A model generated the notes under the pieces. It saw only the letters and a list, made by a program, of their open reading frames with translations, ran no database searches and was not told where the DNA came from. 64,000 nucleotides of DNA from Eledone cirrhosa (Eukaryota), in contig OZ024741.1 of assembly GCA_964016885.1 (NCBI GenBank), positions 359,166,001 through 359,230,000 on the forward strand, written 5' to 3'. The translations under genes and the position numbers were made by a program. Positions 1 through 11,200 of this stretch are shown here, in pieces (position 1 is the first letter of the stretch; every line of letters starts with the position of its first letter).

Positions 1-2474
1 GCCTCTCGGACAGGGAGGCGAAGTCCTGCGAGGAGCCGATTTCGGCCGCTGAGATAGAGGACGTGCTGAGCCAATGCGGCAAACGCAAATCCCCGGGTCT
101 CGATGGTCTTCCTTACGAATTATATCTAGCTATGCCGGACTTGTTCCCCGATCTCCTCGAGGCGGTCTACTGCAACTGGCAACAGAACGGGAGAATTCCC
201 TGTACTGTAACCAAGGGCGTAGTCACGCTAGTGAGGAAGGACGAGAACAAGGGGGACGAAATAAGTAACTTCAGGCCTATAACTCTGCTAAATACAGAGT
301 TACAGATTTTGGCCAAGGTGCTAGCAAAGAGGTTGGCGCTTGTCGTGGGCAACCTGGTGGGAGATGCGCAGACATGCGCTATCCCGTCCAGGTCCATCCA
401 TGACAACCTCCACCTCATGCGATACATCATAGAGAGGGTTGGGAACGAACCCGGCTTTGGTGGGGCTCTGATCAACTTGGATCAATCTAAGGCGTTCGAT
501 AGGGTCTACTATGGTTACCTGGATGCGGTGCTAGCGGCGGCAGGCTTCGGACCCGTTTTCAGGGGCTGGATCACTGCTATGCACAGCAGCCGCATCTGCT
601 CTAGGGTCAAGGTGAACGGCTACCTCTCGGAGCCGTTCAAAATCGCGCGGTCCATCCGACAAGGGTGCCCTCTCTCCTCCCTTCTGTATGTGTTGACTCT
701 CGAGCCACTACTGCGGAAGTTGGAGTTGTTGCAGGGCATCCCTTTGGAACCGGGATTGCGGAAAGCGGTGTCGGCCTACGCCGATGACGTGACAGTAATG
801 GTGTCGACGGCCTCCGAAATCGAGGCGGTCGGCACCTTACTGGAGGAGTACGAAAAGTTCACAGGGGCTAAGCTGAACCGGGACAAGTCGATCGGTTTGC
901 AACTCGGCACGTGGAGGGGCAGACCGATGCCCTCCGATGGCGTCGTCGGACGCTGGACGGAGGGCCCGGTGAAGTTGCTCGGGGTCTGGTTCGGACCGGA
1001 CCTCCAGGTGGAGAAAAACTGGGCGGAGGTTACGAACAGGGTGTTTGCACTGACCCAGAAGTGGGCCAGTTGCAAACTATCCCTGAAAGGTCGGGCGGAG
1101 GTGGCGAACACCTACATAGCGTCCGTCATCTACTACCGCCTGACCGTTGTGCCCTGCCCAAGGGAAACCCTCACCAAGATGGAGCGCGCGCTCTTCCAAT
1201 TCCTTTGGAAGAGGCGGGCTCCTATGGTGAGGAGATCCATCTGCTGTCAACACCCTTCGAAAGGAGGGCTGGGGATGCCGTGGCTAATGATGCGTAAACA
1301 CGCATTAAGGCTACGGCACCTCTACGTATTCCTCACCGGACAACCGGTGTGGGCCTCGTTTGTGAGACGAACCTTTCCCAGACTCGTCTCACTCACCGAG
1401 CTGCAATCCTGGGTCAAGCAAAGACCGAGAAAACTGGGCGCCTGGCACACTGAGTGTGCCCAGGCACTCACCGCCCTCTGGCAGGCGGATCCGGTTATCA
1501 GTGGAGACTCCACCGCAACATTCTATAGAGGGCTGGTACGCAGCAGGTGCGACGATGCCCTCGGAGAAGCCCTAGACATGGAGGAGGACGAACTGGCCAG
1601 CCTGTTCGGTAGGACATTCAGCCCGGGACCTATGGACAACTTCCAGAAGTCCCTGGCCTGGCAGTGCTACCGAGGAGCTTTACCCGTTCGAGAAAGGCTC
1701 TACAGACACGGGCGCCCGGGTAGGGACCCCGCCAAAAAGATCTGTCCCAGATGCGTGTGCGACGAGGAAACCGTTGCACACGCATTGGTACACTGCTCGG
1801 GCGTAGCCGATCTGTGGGGCTATGTCGAACAACTGCTGTCAAGGGTGGGACCGATCCGGTTGACCACCGAGTCTATTGTAATGATCAAGCCGCCTCCCCC
1901 CTTCAAAGATGAAGCAGAGGCGGTGTTTCTGTGCGTAATAGCCATGGCGAAAGAGGTTGTATGGTGGACGCGTCTGAAAGGACTGAGGTCAGGCACCTTT
2001 CTCTCTGGCCAACAACTGGTCCGTTTCTTCCGATATCATTTCGGAAGAAGGATCAGGATGGAGAGAGAGGTGCTGCACCCCAGTCGTTTTTATGAAAGGT
2101 GGGTGAAAGTGGCGAGAATGGCCCGTGTGAATGGGCCTTCTCTTTACATGAGCCTGTAGGTGGAAAAGAGGAAGGAACGAGGGAGCACCCCCTCTCTGTG
2201 CTCCTGAGGAAAAGGGTTGCACACTTTTTTCGGGGGTGTGTGCGACCCCCCAAGGCGCCTCCTCTCTATTGAGGATTTTGTTATAAATTTTATTTTTTGT
2301 TATATTTTATAACAAAATCCTCTATTGAGGATTTTGTTATAATTCTATTTTTTGTTATATTTTATTTTACTTTTATATATTATTGCCTCCTCCCTATTGA
2401 GGACGCCTTGTTTTGTAAACTCCCCCCATTGTACTTGTCCCACTTTTGATGCCCTTGTGGCAAATAAAAGAAAC
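1..2474 (+). mobile_element. Tx1/L1-clade non-LTR retrotransposon, copy 1 (5' part outside window)
   Basis: RT ORF plus 3' UTR ending GTGGCAAATAAAAGAAAC, followed directly by (TATC/TCCA)n; near-identical to copy 3 over ORF2. Confidence 0.93.
3..2159 (+). CDS. Tx1-like ORF2, partial (RT plus C-terminal zf-RVT CCHC)
   Basis: KSPGLDGLP, NFRPITLLNTE, LDQSKAFDRV, RQGCPLS, YADD, LSLKGR, CPRC-x8-HALVHC; frame open from the window start. Confidence 0.9.
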   Translation, partial: LSDREAKSCEEPISAAEIEDVLSQCGKRKSPGLDGLPYELYLAMPDLFPDLLEAVYCNWQQNGRIPCTVTKGVVTLVRKDENKGDEISNFRPITLLNTELQILAKVLAKRLALVVGNLVGDAQTCAIPSRSIHDNLHLMRYIIERVGNEPGFGGALINLDQSKAFDRVYYGYLDAVLAAAGFGPVFRGWITAMHSSRICSRVKVNGYLSEPFKIARSIRQGCPLSSLLYVLTLEPLLRKLELLQGIPLEPGLRKAVSAYADDVTVMVSTASEIEAVGTLLEEYEKFTGAKLNRDKSIGLQLGTWRGRPMPSDGVVGRWTEGPVKLLGVWFGPDLQVEKNWAEVTNRVFALTQKWASCKLSLKGRAEVANTYIASVIYYRLTVVPCPRETLTKMERALFQFLWKRRAPMVRRSICCQHPSKGGLGMPWLMMRKHALRLRHLYVFLTGQPVWASFVRRTFPRLVSLTELQSWVKQRPRKLGAWHTECAQALTALWQADPVISGDSTATFYRGLVRSRCDDALGEALDMEEDELASLFGRTFSPGPMDNFQKSLAWQCYRGALPVRERLYRHGRPGRDPAKKICPRCVCDEETVAHALVHCSGVADLWGYVEQLLSRVGPIRLTTESIVMIKPPPPFKDEAEAVFLCVIAMAKEVVWWTRLKGLRSGTFLSGQQLVRFFRYHFGRRIRMEREVLHPSRFYERWVKVARMARVNGPSLYMSL

Positions 2475-2475
2475 A

Positions 2476-2530
2476 TATCTATCCATCTATCCATCTATCT
2501 ATCCATCTATCTATCTATCTAATATCTATC
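2476..2530 (+). repeat. (TATC/TCCA)n microsatellite between copies 1 and 2
   Basis: tatctatccatctatccatctatctatcc... read directly. Confidence 0.95.
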
Positions 2531-2750
2531 TACTGGGATGGACACACGCGTATAACTTGCTGAGTAAGTTCTGTTTAAATTTCTATAGAAATTCTTGTCT
2601 GATAACTTTAATTTTTGTACCATTTTGTAGAGGGACTGCCAGGTCAAACTTTGATCTGGTCAGTCTCTCAAAATATTCTACGCCTTTAGGCGAAATAGTT
2701 AAACAAAAAAAAAAAAGTTTTTTCTTGTTGAAAAGTCAATATTTTTTTAA

Positions 2751-4523
2751 ATGGCCGAAGCTTCTTCACCAAAATTCGAAGGAGGAAAGGGGAAGATGAA
2801 CTTACAGCTTCCCCCTGCCACTGTCACAGTAGCAGAGGTCAAGAAGAAAGGTCAGCCAGAGGAAGAATTCTCTCCACCTGTTAACCGACAACTTGACGTT
2901 GCCATGGCAACAACCCAAAGAACCAGCAGCAACAGCAACAACAACAACAATGCGACGGACGAAAACAACACCAATAACAATAACAACAACAACAAGACCA
3001 ATAACGGTGACAACAACAACACCACCAACGACAACAACAACACAAACAAACAAAATTCTCCTTCGCCGAGACAACAAGGAAAACCCTCGACTATCTGCCT
3101 GTAGATATAACAAAAGCGAAGGAGCTACTGGCGGATGCGAAAAAATATATAGTGTACGGAGAAAATGGTTCATTCACAATCCATTCCCCCCCGGAACTAA
3201 AAAGCCAGAGACTCCTAAACACGGTCATGTTTAGGACAATCTCGAACAAAAGTAAAAAACCAGCCCAACCATCACAGAGCGAGATAGAGCTGGTTTTAAA
3301 AGACGTCATGAAGGACATCACCTTCATTCAGAAGGATAGACTCTACGGGAGTCTATCCATTCTCATGAAGGACAGGGACACAGCAGTGAAACTGTCCATC
3401 AAACCAATCACATCCACCGCATACACCTTCTACCCTACGTACATGGGTAGAAGAACACAAAAAATAAAAATCCACACCATCCTGCCGATTATGGACATAT
3501 GGTGGGTTTTGACAGGTTTTCTGGACCTGGAGGATGACATGCTGGTGTCCATGGGAAAGGCATCGGGTGACGCGTTCAGTGGAACGAGCCTCGAACTTGT
3601 AGTTCAAATGAGGCCCGAAAGGATCGCCCAGATCCCTAAACGCGTCATACTGGATGATCTAACCTTCATCAACATTACCGTTGAGGGTAGACGGCCCTCG
3701 TGTTACCTCTGCAGAACCAGAGGTCACCTGAGGGCCGTCTGTCCCCAACTTAATAAGAAAATCCCAATCCTGCCTACACCACCAACAACTGCACAACCAA
3801 CACAACCACCACAACTACCACTACAAAAACAACCACCACAGCTCAAACCAAAACAAAACAATGTCCAACCCATCCCCTCCACTCAAAAAACAAAAACAAT
3901 TTCCAAAACACCCGCACCGCAAACACAATCCGAAAATATACCCCTCCCCTCCAACGCGGAAGATGACCCTAGTTCCTCGTCAGACGAGGAGGAGCACTTC
4001 CACACAATCAAAAGAAAAAAAAGAAAACACACCTCAGACACACAAATGAAACAAACCCCTCCCCAAAACATGACACTGACACCAACACAAAAGAGCTCAC
4101 AACAACAGCAAACAAAAAACACCACACAAAAACAAAAACATGCATACACATACATAAACACAAGAAACAAAAAAACTGTTAAACATTGTGTACAACAACA
4201 ATCTAATAAAAACACAAGGGCCTAACTTCACCCAGGCAGGGGATTTCCCCCACCTCAAAATGATTAAGGCCCCACAGGACACCTATAAAACTTTAAAAAA
4301 CAATTTTAAAGAGGACGTGGGTCCCCCCTGCGTCGGGCCCATTAACCGCGTCCTCCTAAAAAACTACCCCACCCCCTCCCCAAACACCCACACAACTCTA
4401 AGCTCCCTAACCACACAACACACTGATGCCCCTACACTTCCACAAACCACCACCCCACCCAACAACCCATCCCCCACCCTAATGGAAATTGTGCAGCCCG
4501 ATACCCGGGACGCAGAGAGGTAA
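2751..4523 (+). pseudogene. Tx1 ORF1 (gag-like, CCHC knuckle), two frameshifts
   Basis: Pieces 2751-3104, about 3080-4225 and 4188-4523; CYLCRTRGHLRAVC = CX2CX4HX4C; the second shift is an A7 run near 4170 versus A6 at 8521 in copy 3. Confidence 0.85.
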
Positions 4524-4547
4524 GTGCCTTTTCTCTTCACCACCAAC

Positions 4548-7500
4548 ATGGCTATGCTAAGAGTAGGCTGTTTAAATGCGCGTGGCCTGGGCTCAACTTG
4601 GAAGCAAGCAATGCTTCTAAATGACCTCAGGTCACAACGTATAGATGTGATGGTTATTTGCGAGGCCCGGATCAGCAACGTGCGACAGCTGGCCCCCACC
4701 TTTGATGACTTTGAGATGCACGCATCTCTCTGTCAGCCCGGAGATGGGGGTGGAGTTGTCGTTCTGCTGCAAAAACATCTGGGTCTCGCAACACAGATGG
4801 TACATTTGGACCCAGAGGGTCGACTAGTGGTTCTGGACCTTGGCAGTGGTAAAGGCGGCGCGTTTAGGTTGGTAGCCGCCTACGGCCCTTTCGGGTCAAT
4901 GCGGCCGGACTTCTTCCATCGTCTGGAGACTTTTCTAGGGACGTCCCGCTCCTTGCTATTAGTGGGGGACTGGAATGGTATCCTAGATGCACGCTGGGAC
5001 TACGTAGGGGCCTGCCCCTATAGAGAGGGGTGTAATAGCCTCAAAGGGTTAATCGGTCGATTTGACCTGGCCGATAGATATCGACTAGATTTTCCGACTG
5101 CGCCAACCTGGACTTGGGCAAATCGTAGCGGATCATCTAGGTCGTACCTAGATAGGTTCTTAGTTAGAATTAAGGATAAGGACTTTTTAAGTTGTCCAAA
5201 AATGCGCATGGTTGGCTATTCAGACCACAAATTAGTGACCTGCATGGTCAACCTTGACAGAACTCATAGACAGGGACCCGGTTACTGGAAGCTCAACTTG
5301 TCCTTACCGGCAAGTAAGGCTTACAGGAACCGGATTAGCACTTTAGTTAAGGAACGGTTGACGGGCGCCATCGTCAACAGCAGGTGGTGGGGATCTCTCA
5401 AAAGAGAGATTAGAGTAGTCTCTATAGAATTTAGTAAGGAGTTAGCCTCCAATAGAAATAGGAAGGAAAGGGAGTTGGTAGATAGTGTAGAAGAGGCAAC
5501 TAGAAGCGGCGACGTGGCCAGAGTGCTAGCGTCGAGAACGGCCCTGGACCAGTTCGTCGACACGAAACACGCAGGCTGCATCGTTTGAAGCAAAATACGT
5601 GCTCTGGGAAACGAAGGGACCAAAGCTGTTAGCTGGGCCCGCGTGACAGAAGCCAAAAGAGGGAGCAGATCCACTATCCGGTCTTTGCGAGACCAGGATG
5701 GACGGGTGATCCTTGAACCTAAGCAGATGTGCGAGGCTTTTCAAAAGCACTTTGCCGGATTGTTCGGAAGGGGCGAGGGGCCGGTTGGGGACGTGGACTT
5801 CGGTCCATACCTCGACGGCCTGCCGCGTCTCTCGGACAGGGAGGCGAAGTCCTGCGAGGAGCCGATTTCAGCCGCTGAGATAGAGGACGTTCTGAGCCAA
5901 TGCGGCAAACGCAAATCCCCGGGTCTCGATGGTCTTCCATACGAACTATATCTAGCTATGCCGGACTTGTTCCCCGAACTCCTCGAGGCGGTCTACTGCA
6001 ACTGGCAACAGAACGGGAGAATTCCCTGTGCTGTGACCAAGGGCGTAGTCACGCTAGTGAGGAAGGACGAGAACAAGGGGGACGATATAAATAATTTCAG
6101 GCCCATAACTCTGCTAAATACAGAGTTACAGATTTTGGCCAAGGTGCTAGCAAAGAGGTTGGCGCTTGTCGTGGGCAACCTGGTGGGAGATGCGCAGACA
6201 TGTGCTATCCCGTCCAGGTCCATCCACGATAACCTCCACCTTATGCGATACATCATAGAGAGGGTTGGGAACGAACCCGGCTTTGGTGGGGCCCTGATCA
6301 ACTTGGATCAATCTAAGGCATTTGATAGGGTCGACCATGGTTACCTGGATGCGGTGCTAGGGGCGGCAGGCTTCGGACCCGTTTTCAGGGGCTGGATCAA
6401 TGCCATGCACAGCAGCCGCATCTGTTCTAGGGTCAAGGTGAACGGCTACCTCTCGGAGCCGTTCGAAATCGCGCGGTCCATCCGACAGGGGTGCCCTCTC
6501 TCCTCCCTTCTGTATGTAATGACTCTAGAGCCACTGCTGCGGAAGTTGGAGTTGTTGCAGGGCATCCCGTTGGAACCGGGATTGCGGAAAGCGGTGTCAG
6601 CCTACGCCGATGACGTAACAGTAATGGTGTCGACGGCCTCCGAAATCAGGGCGATCGGCACCTTACTGGAGGAGTACGAAAGGTTTACAGGGGCTAAGCT
6701 GAACCGGGACAAGTTGATCGGTCTGCAACTCGGCACGTGGAGGGGCAGATCGATGCCCTCCGATGGCGTCGTCGGGCACTGGACGGAGGGCCCGGTGAAG
6801 TTGCTCGGGGTCTGGTTCGGACCAGACCTCCAGGTGGAGAAGAACTGGGGTGAGGTGACGAACAGGGTGTTTGCACTGACCCAGAAGTGGGCCGAGTGCA
6901 AACTGTCCCTGAAAGGACGGGCGGAGGTGGCGAACACTTATATAGCGTCCGTCATCTACTACCGCCTGACCGTTGTGCCTTGCCCAAGGGAAACGCTCGC
7001 CAAAATGGAGCGCGCACTCATCCAATTCCTTTGGAAGAAGCGGGCTCCTATGGTGGGGAGATCCATCTGCTGTCAACACCCTTCGAAAGGAGGGCTGGGG
7101 ATGCCGTGGCTAATGATACGTAAACACGCATTAAGGCTACGGCACCTTCAGGTATTCCTCTCCGGTCAACCGGTGTGGGCCCCGTTTGTGAGGCGAGCCT
7201 TTCCCAGACTCGTCTCACTCACCGAGCTGCAATCCTGGGTCAAGCAAAGACCGAGAAAACTGGGCGCCTGGCACACCGAGTGTGCCCAGGCGCTCACGGC
7301 TCTCTGGCAGGCGGACCCGGCTGTCAGTGGAGAATCCACCTTGTCATTCTATAGAGGGCTGGTGGTTAGCAGGTGCGACGACGCCCTCGGAGAAGCCCTA
7401 GGCATGGAGGAAGACGAACTGGCCAACCTGTTCGGTAGGACATTCAGCCCGGGACCCATGGATAACTTCCAGAGGTCCCTGGCCTGGCAATGCTACAGAA

Positions 7501-7985
7501 GGGCTCTGCCCATTCGAGAAAGGCTCTACAGACACAGGCGCCCGGGTAGGGACCCATCGAAAAAGATCTGTCCCAGATGCGTGTGTGACGAGGAAACCGT
7601 TGCACACGCATTGGTACACTGCTCGGGCATTGCCGATCTGTGGGGCTATGTCGAACAACTGCTGTCAAGGGTGGGACCAATCCGGTTGACCACCGAGTCT
7701 ATTGTAACGATCAAGCCGCCTCCCCTCTTCAAAAACGAAGGAGAGGCGGTGTTTCTGTGCGTAATAGCCATGGCGAAAGAGGTTGTATGGTGGACGCGTC
7801 TGAAAGGACTGAGGTCAGACACCTTTCTCTCTGGCCAACAACTGGTCCGTTTCTTCCGATATCATTTCGGAAGAAGGATCAGGATAGAGAGTGAGGTGCT
7901 GCACCCCAGCCGTTTCTATGAAAGATGGGTGAAAGTGGCGAGAATGGCCCGTGTGAATGGACCTTCACTCTACATCAGACTATAG
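4548..7985 (+). pseudogene. Tx1 ORF2 (APE endonuclease-RT-CCHC) with one nonsense codon
   Basis: LNARGL, VGDWN, SYLDRFLV, YSDH endonuclease motifs; YADD; TGA at 5586-5588 where copy 3 has CGA (9937-9939), consistent with CpG deamination. Confidence 0.9.
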
Positions 7986-8231
7986 GTGAGGAAGATGAAA
8001 GACCAAGGGAGCACCCCTTCTCTGTGCTCCTTAGGAAAAGGGTTGCACACTTTTTTTCGGGGGTGTGTGCGACCCCCCAAGGACTTTGTTATAAATTTTA
8101 TTTTTTGTTATATTTTATTTTATTTTTATATATTGTTATTGCCTCCTCCTTATTGAGGACGCCTTGTTTTGTAAACTCCCCCCATTGTACTTGTCCCACT
8201 TTTGATGCCCTGGTGGCAAATAAAAGAAACA

Positions 8232-8268
8232 TATCTATCCATCTATCTATCCATCTATCTATCTATCC
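8232..8268 (+). repeat. (TATC/TCCA)n microsatellite between copies 2 and 3
   Basis: Seen directly. Confidence 0.95.
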
Positions 8269-8281
8269 ACAAATTAGTGAC

Positions 8282-11200
8282 CCGAAAATATACCCCTCCC
8301 CTCCAACGCGGAAGATGACCCTAGTTCGTCGTCAGACGAGGAGGAGCACTTCCACACAATCAAAAGAAAAAAAAGAAAACACACCTCAGACACACAAATG
8401 AAAAAAAACCCTCCCCAAAACATAACACTGACACCAACACAAAAGAGCTCACAACAACAGCAAACAAAAAACACCACACAAAAACAAAAACATGCATACA
8501 CATACATAAATACAAGAAACAAAAAACTGTTAAACATTGTGTACAACAACAATCTAATAAAAACACAAGGGCCTAACTTCACCCAGGCAGGGGATTTCCC
8601 CCACCTCAAAATGATTAAGGCCCCACAGGACACCTATAAAACTTTAAAAAACAATTTTAAAGAGGACGTGGGTCCCCCCTGCGTCGGGCCCATTAACCGC
8701 GTCCTCCTAAAAAACTATCCCACCCCCTCCCCAAACACCCACACAACTCCAAGCTCCCCAACCACACAACACACTGATACCCCCACACTTCCACAAACCA
8801 CCACCCCACCCAACAACCCATCCCCCACCCTAATGGAAATTGTGCAGCCCGATACCCGGGACGCAGAGAGGTAAGTGCCTTTTCTCTTCACCACCAACAT
8901 GGCTATGCTAAGAGTAGGCTGTTTAAATGCGCGTGGCCTGGGCTCAACTTGGAAGCAAGCAATGCTTCTAAATGACCTCAGGTCACAACGTATAGATGTG
9001 ATGGTTATTTGCGAGGCCCGGATCAGCAACGTGCGACAGCTGGCCCCCACCTTTGATGACTTTGAGATGCACGCATCTCTCTGTCAGCCCGGAGGTGGGG
9101 GTGGAGTTGTCGTTCTGCTGCAAAAACATCTGGGTCTCGCAACACAGATGGTACATTTGGACCCGGAGGGTCGACTAGTGGTTCTGGACCTTGGCAGTAG
9201 TAAAGGCGGAGCGTTTAGGTTGGTAGCCGCCTACGGCCCTTTCGGGTCAATGCGGCTGGACTTCTTCCATCGTCTGGAGACTTTTCTAGGGACGTCCCGC
9301 TCCTTGCTATTAGTGGGGGACTGGAATGGTATCCTAGATGCACGCTGGGACTACGTAGGGGCCTGCCCCGATAGAGAGGGGTGTAATAGCCTCAAAGGGT
9401 TAATCGGTCGATTTGACCTGGCCGATAGATATCGACTAGATTTTCCGACTGCGCCAACCTGGACTTGGGCAAATCGTAGCGGATCATCTAGGTCGTACCT
9501 AGATAGGTTCTTAGTTAGAATTAAGGATAAGGACTTTTTAAGTTGTCCAAAAATGCGCATGGTTGGCTATTCAGACCACAAATTAGTGACCTGCATGGTC
9601 AACCTTGACAGAACTCATAGACAGGGCCCCGGTTACTGGAAGCTCAACTTGTCCTTGCCGGCAAGTAGAGCCTACAGGAATCGGATTAGTACGTTAGTTA
9701 AGGAACGGTTGACTGGAGCGATCGTCAACAGCAGGTGGTGGGTATCTCTAAAGAGAGAGATTAGAGTAGTCTCGATAGAATTTAGTAAGGTTCTAGCTGC
9801 GGATAGGAATAGGAAGGAAAGGGAGCTAATAGATAGAGTAGAAGAGGCAATTAGAAGCGGCGACGTGGCCAGAGTGCTAGCGTCGAGAACGGCTTTGAGC
9901 CAGTTTTTTGACGCGAAGCACGAAGGCTGCGTTGTCCGAAGTAAAATACGTGCTCTAGGGAACGAGGGGACCAAAGCTGTTAGCTGGGCCCGCGTGACAG
10001 AGGCCAACAGTGGAACTAAATCCACCATCCGGTCTTTGCGAGACCTGGATGGACGGGCGATTCTTGAGCCTAAGCAGATGTGTGAGGCCTTTCAAAGGCA
10101 CTTTGCCCGACTGTTCGGGAGGGGCGGGGAGCCGGTTGGGAACGTGGACTTCGGTCCATACCTCGACGGCCTGCCGCGCCTCTCGGACAGGGAGGCGAAG
10201 TCCTGCGAGGAGCCGATTTCGGCCGCTGAGATAGAGGACGTGCTGAGCCAATGCGGCAAACGCAAATCCCCGGGTCTCGATGGTCTTCCTTACGAATTAT
10301 ATCTAGCTATGCCGGACTTGTTCCCCGATCTCCTCGAGGCGGTCTACTGCAACTGGCAACAGAACGGGAGAATTCCCTGTACTGTGACCAAGGGCGTAGT
10401 CACGCTAGTGAGGAAGGACGAGAACAAGGGGGACGAAATAAGTAACTTCAGGCCCATAACTCTGCTAAATACAGAGTTACAGATTTTGGCCAAGGTGCTA
10501 GCAAAGAGGTTGGCGCTTGTCGTGGGCAACCTGGTGGGAGATGCTCAGACATGCGCTATCCCGTCCAGGTCCATCCATGACAACCTCCACCTCATGCGAT
10601 ACATCATAGAGAGGGTTGGGAACGAACCCGGCTTTGGTGGGGCTCTGATCAACTTGGATCAATCTAAGGCGTTCGATAGGGTCGACCATGGTTACCTGGA
10701 TGCGGTGCTAGCGGCGGCAGGCTTCGGACCCGTTTTCAGGGGCTGGATCACTGCTATGCACAGCAGCCGCATCTGCTCTAGGGTCAAGGTGAACGGCTAC
10801 CTCTCGGAGCCGTTCAAAATCGCGCGGTCCATCCAACAAGGGTGCCCTCTCTCCTCCCTTCTGTATGTGTTGACTCTCGAGCCACTACTGCGGAAGTTGG
10901 AGTTGTTGCAGGGCATCCCTTTGGAACCGGGATTGCGGAAAGCGGTGTCGGCCTACGCCGATGACGTGACAGTAATGGTGTCGACGGCCTCCGAAATCGA
11001 GGCGGTCGGCACCTTACTGGAGGAGTACGAAAAGTTCACAGGGGCTAAGCTGAACCGGGACAAGTCGATCGGTTTGCAACTCGGCACGTGGAGGGGCAGA
11101 CCGATGCCCTCCGATGGCGTCGTCGGACGCTGGACGGAGGGCCCGGTGAAGTTGCTCGGGGTCTGGTTCGGACCGGACCTCCAGGTGGAGAAAAACTGGG

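Larger units (their letters stand above)
2531..8230 (+). mobile_element. Tx1/L1-clade retrotransposon, copy 2, apparently full length (about 5.7 kb)
   Basis: About 220-nt 5' UTR, ORF1, ORF2 and the same 3' terminus as copy 1; TATC repeats on both sides. Confidence 0.92.
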
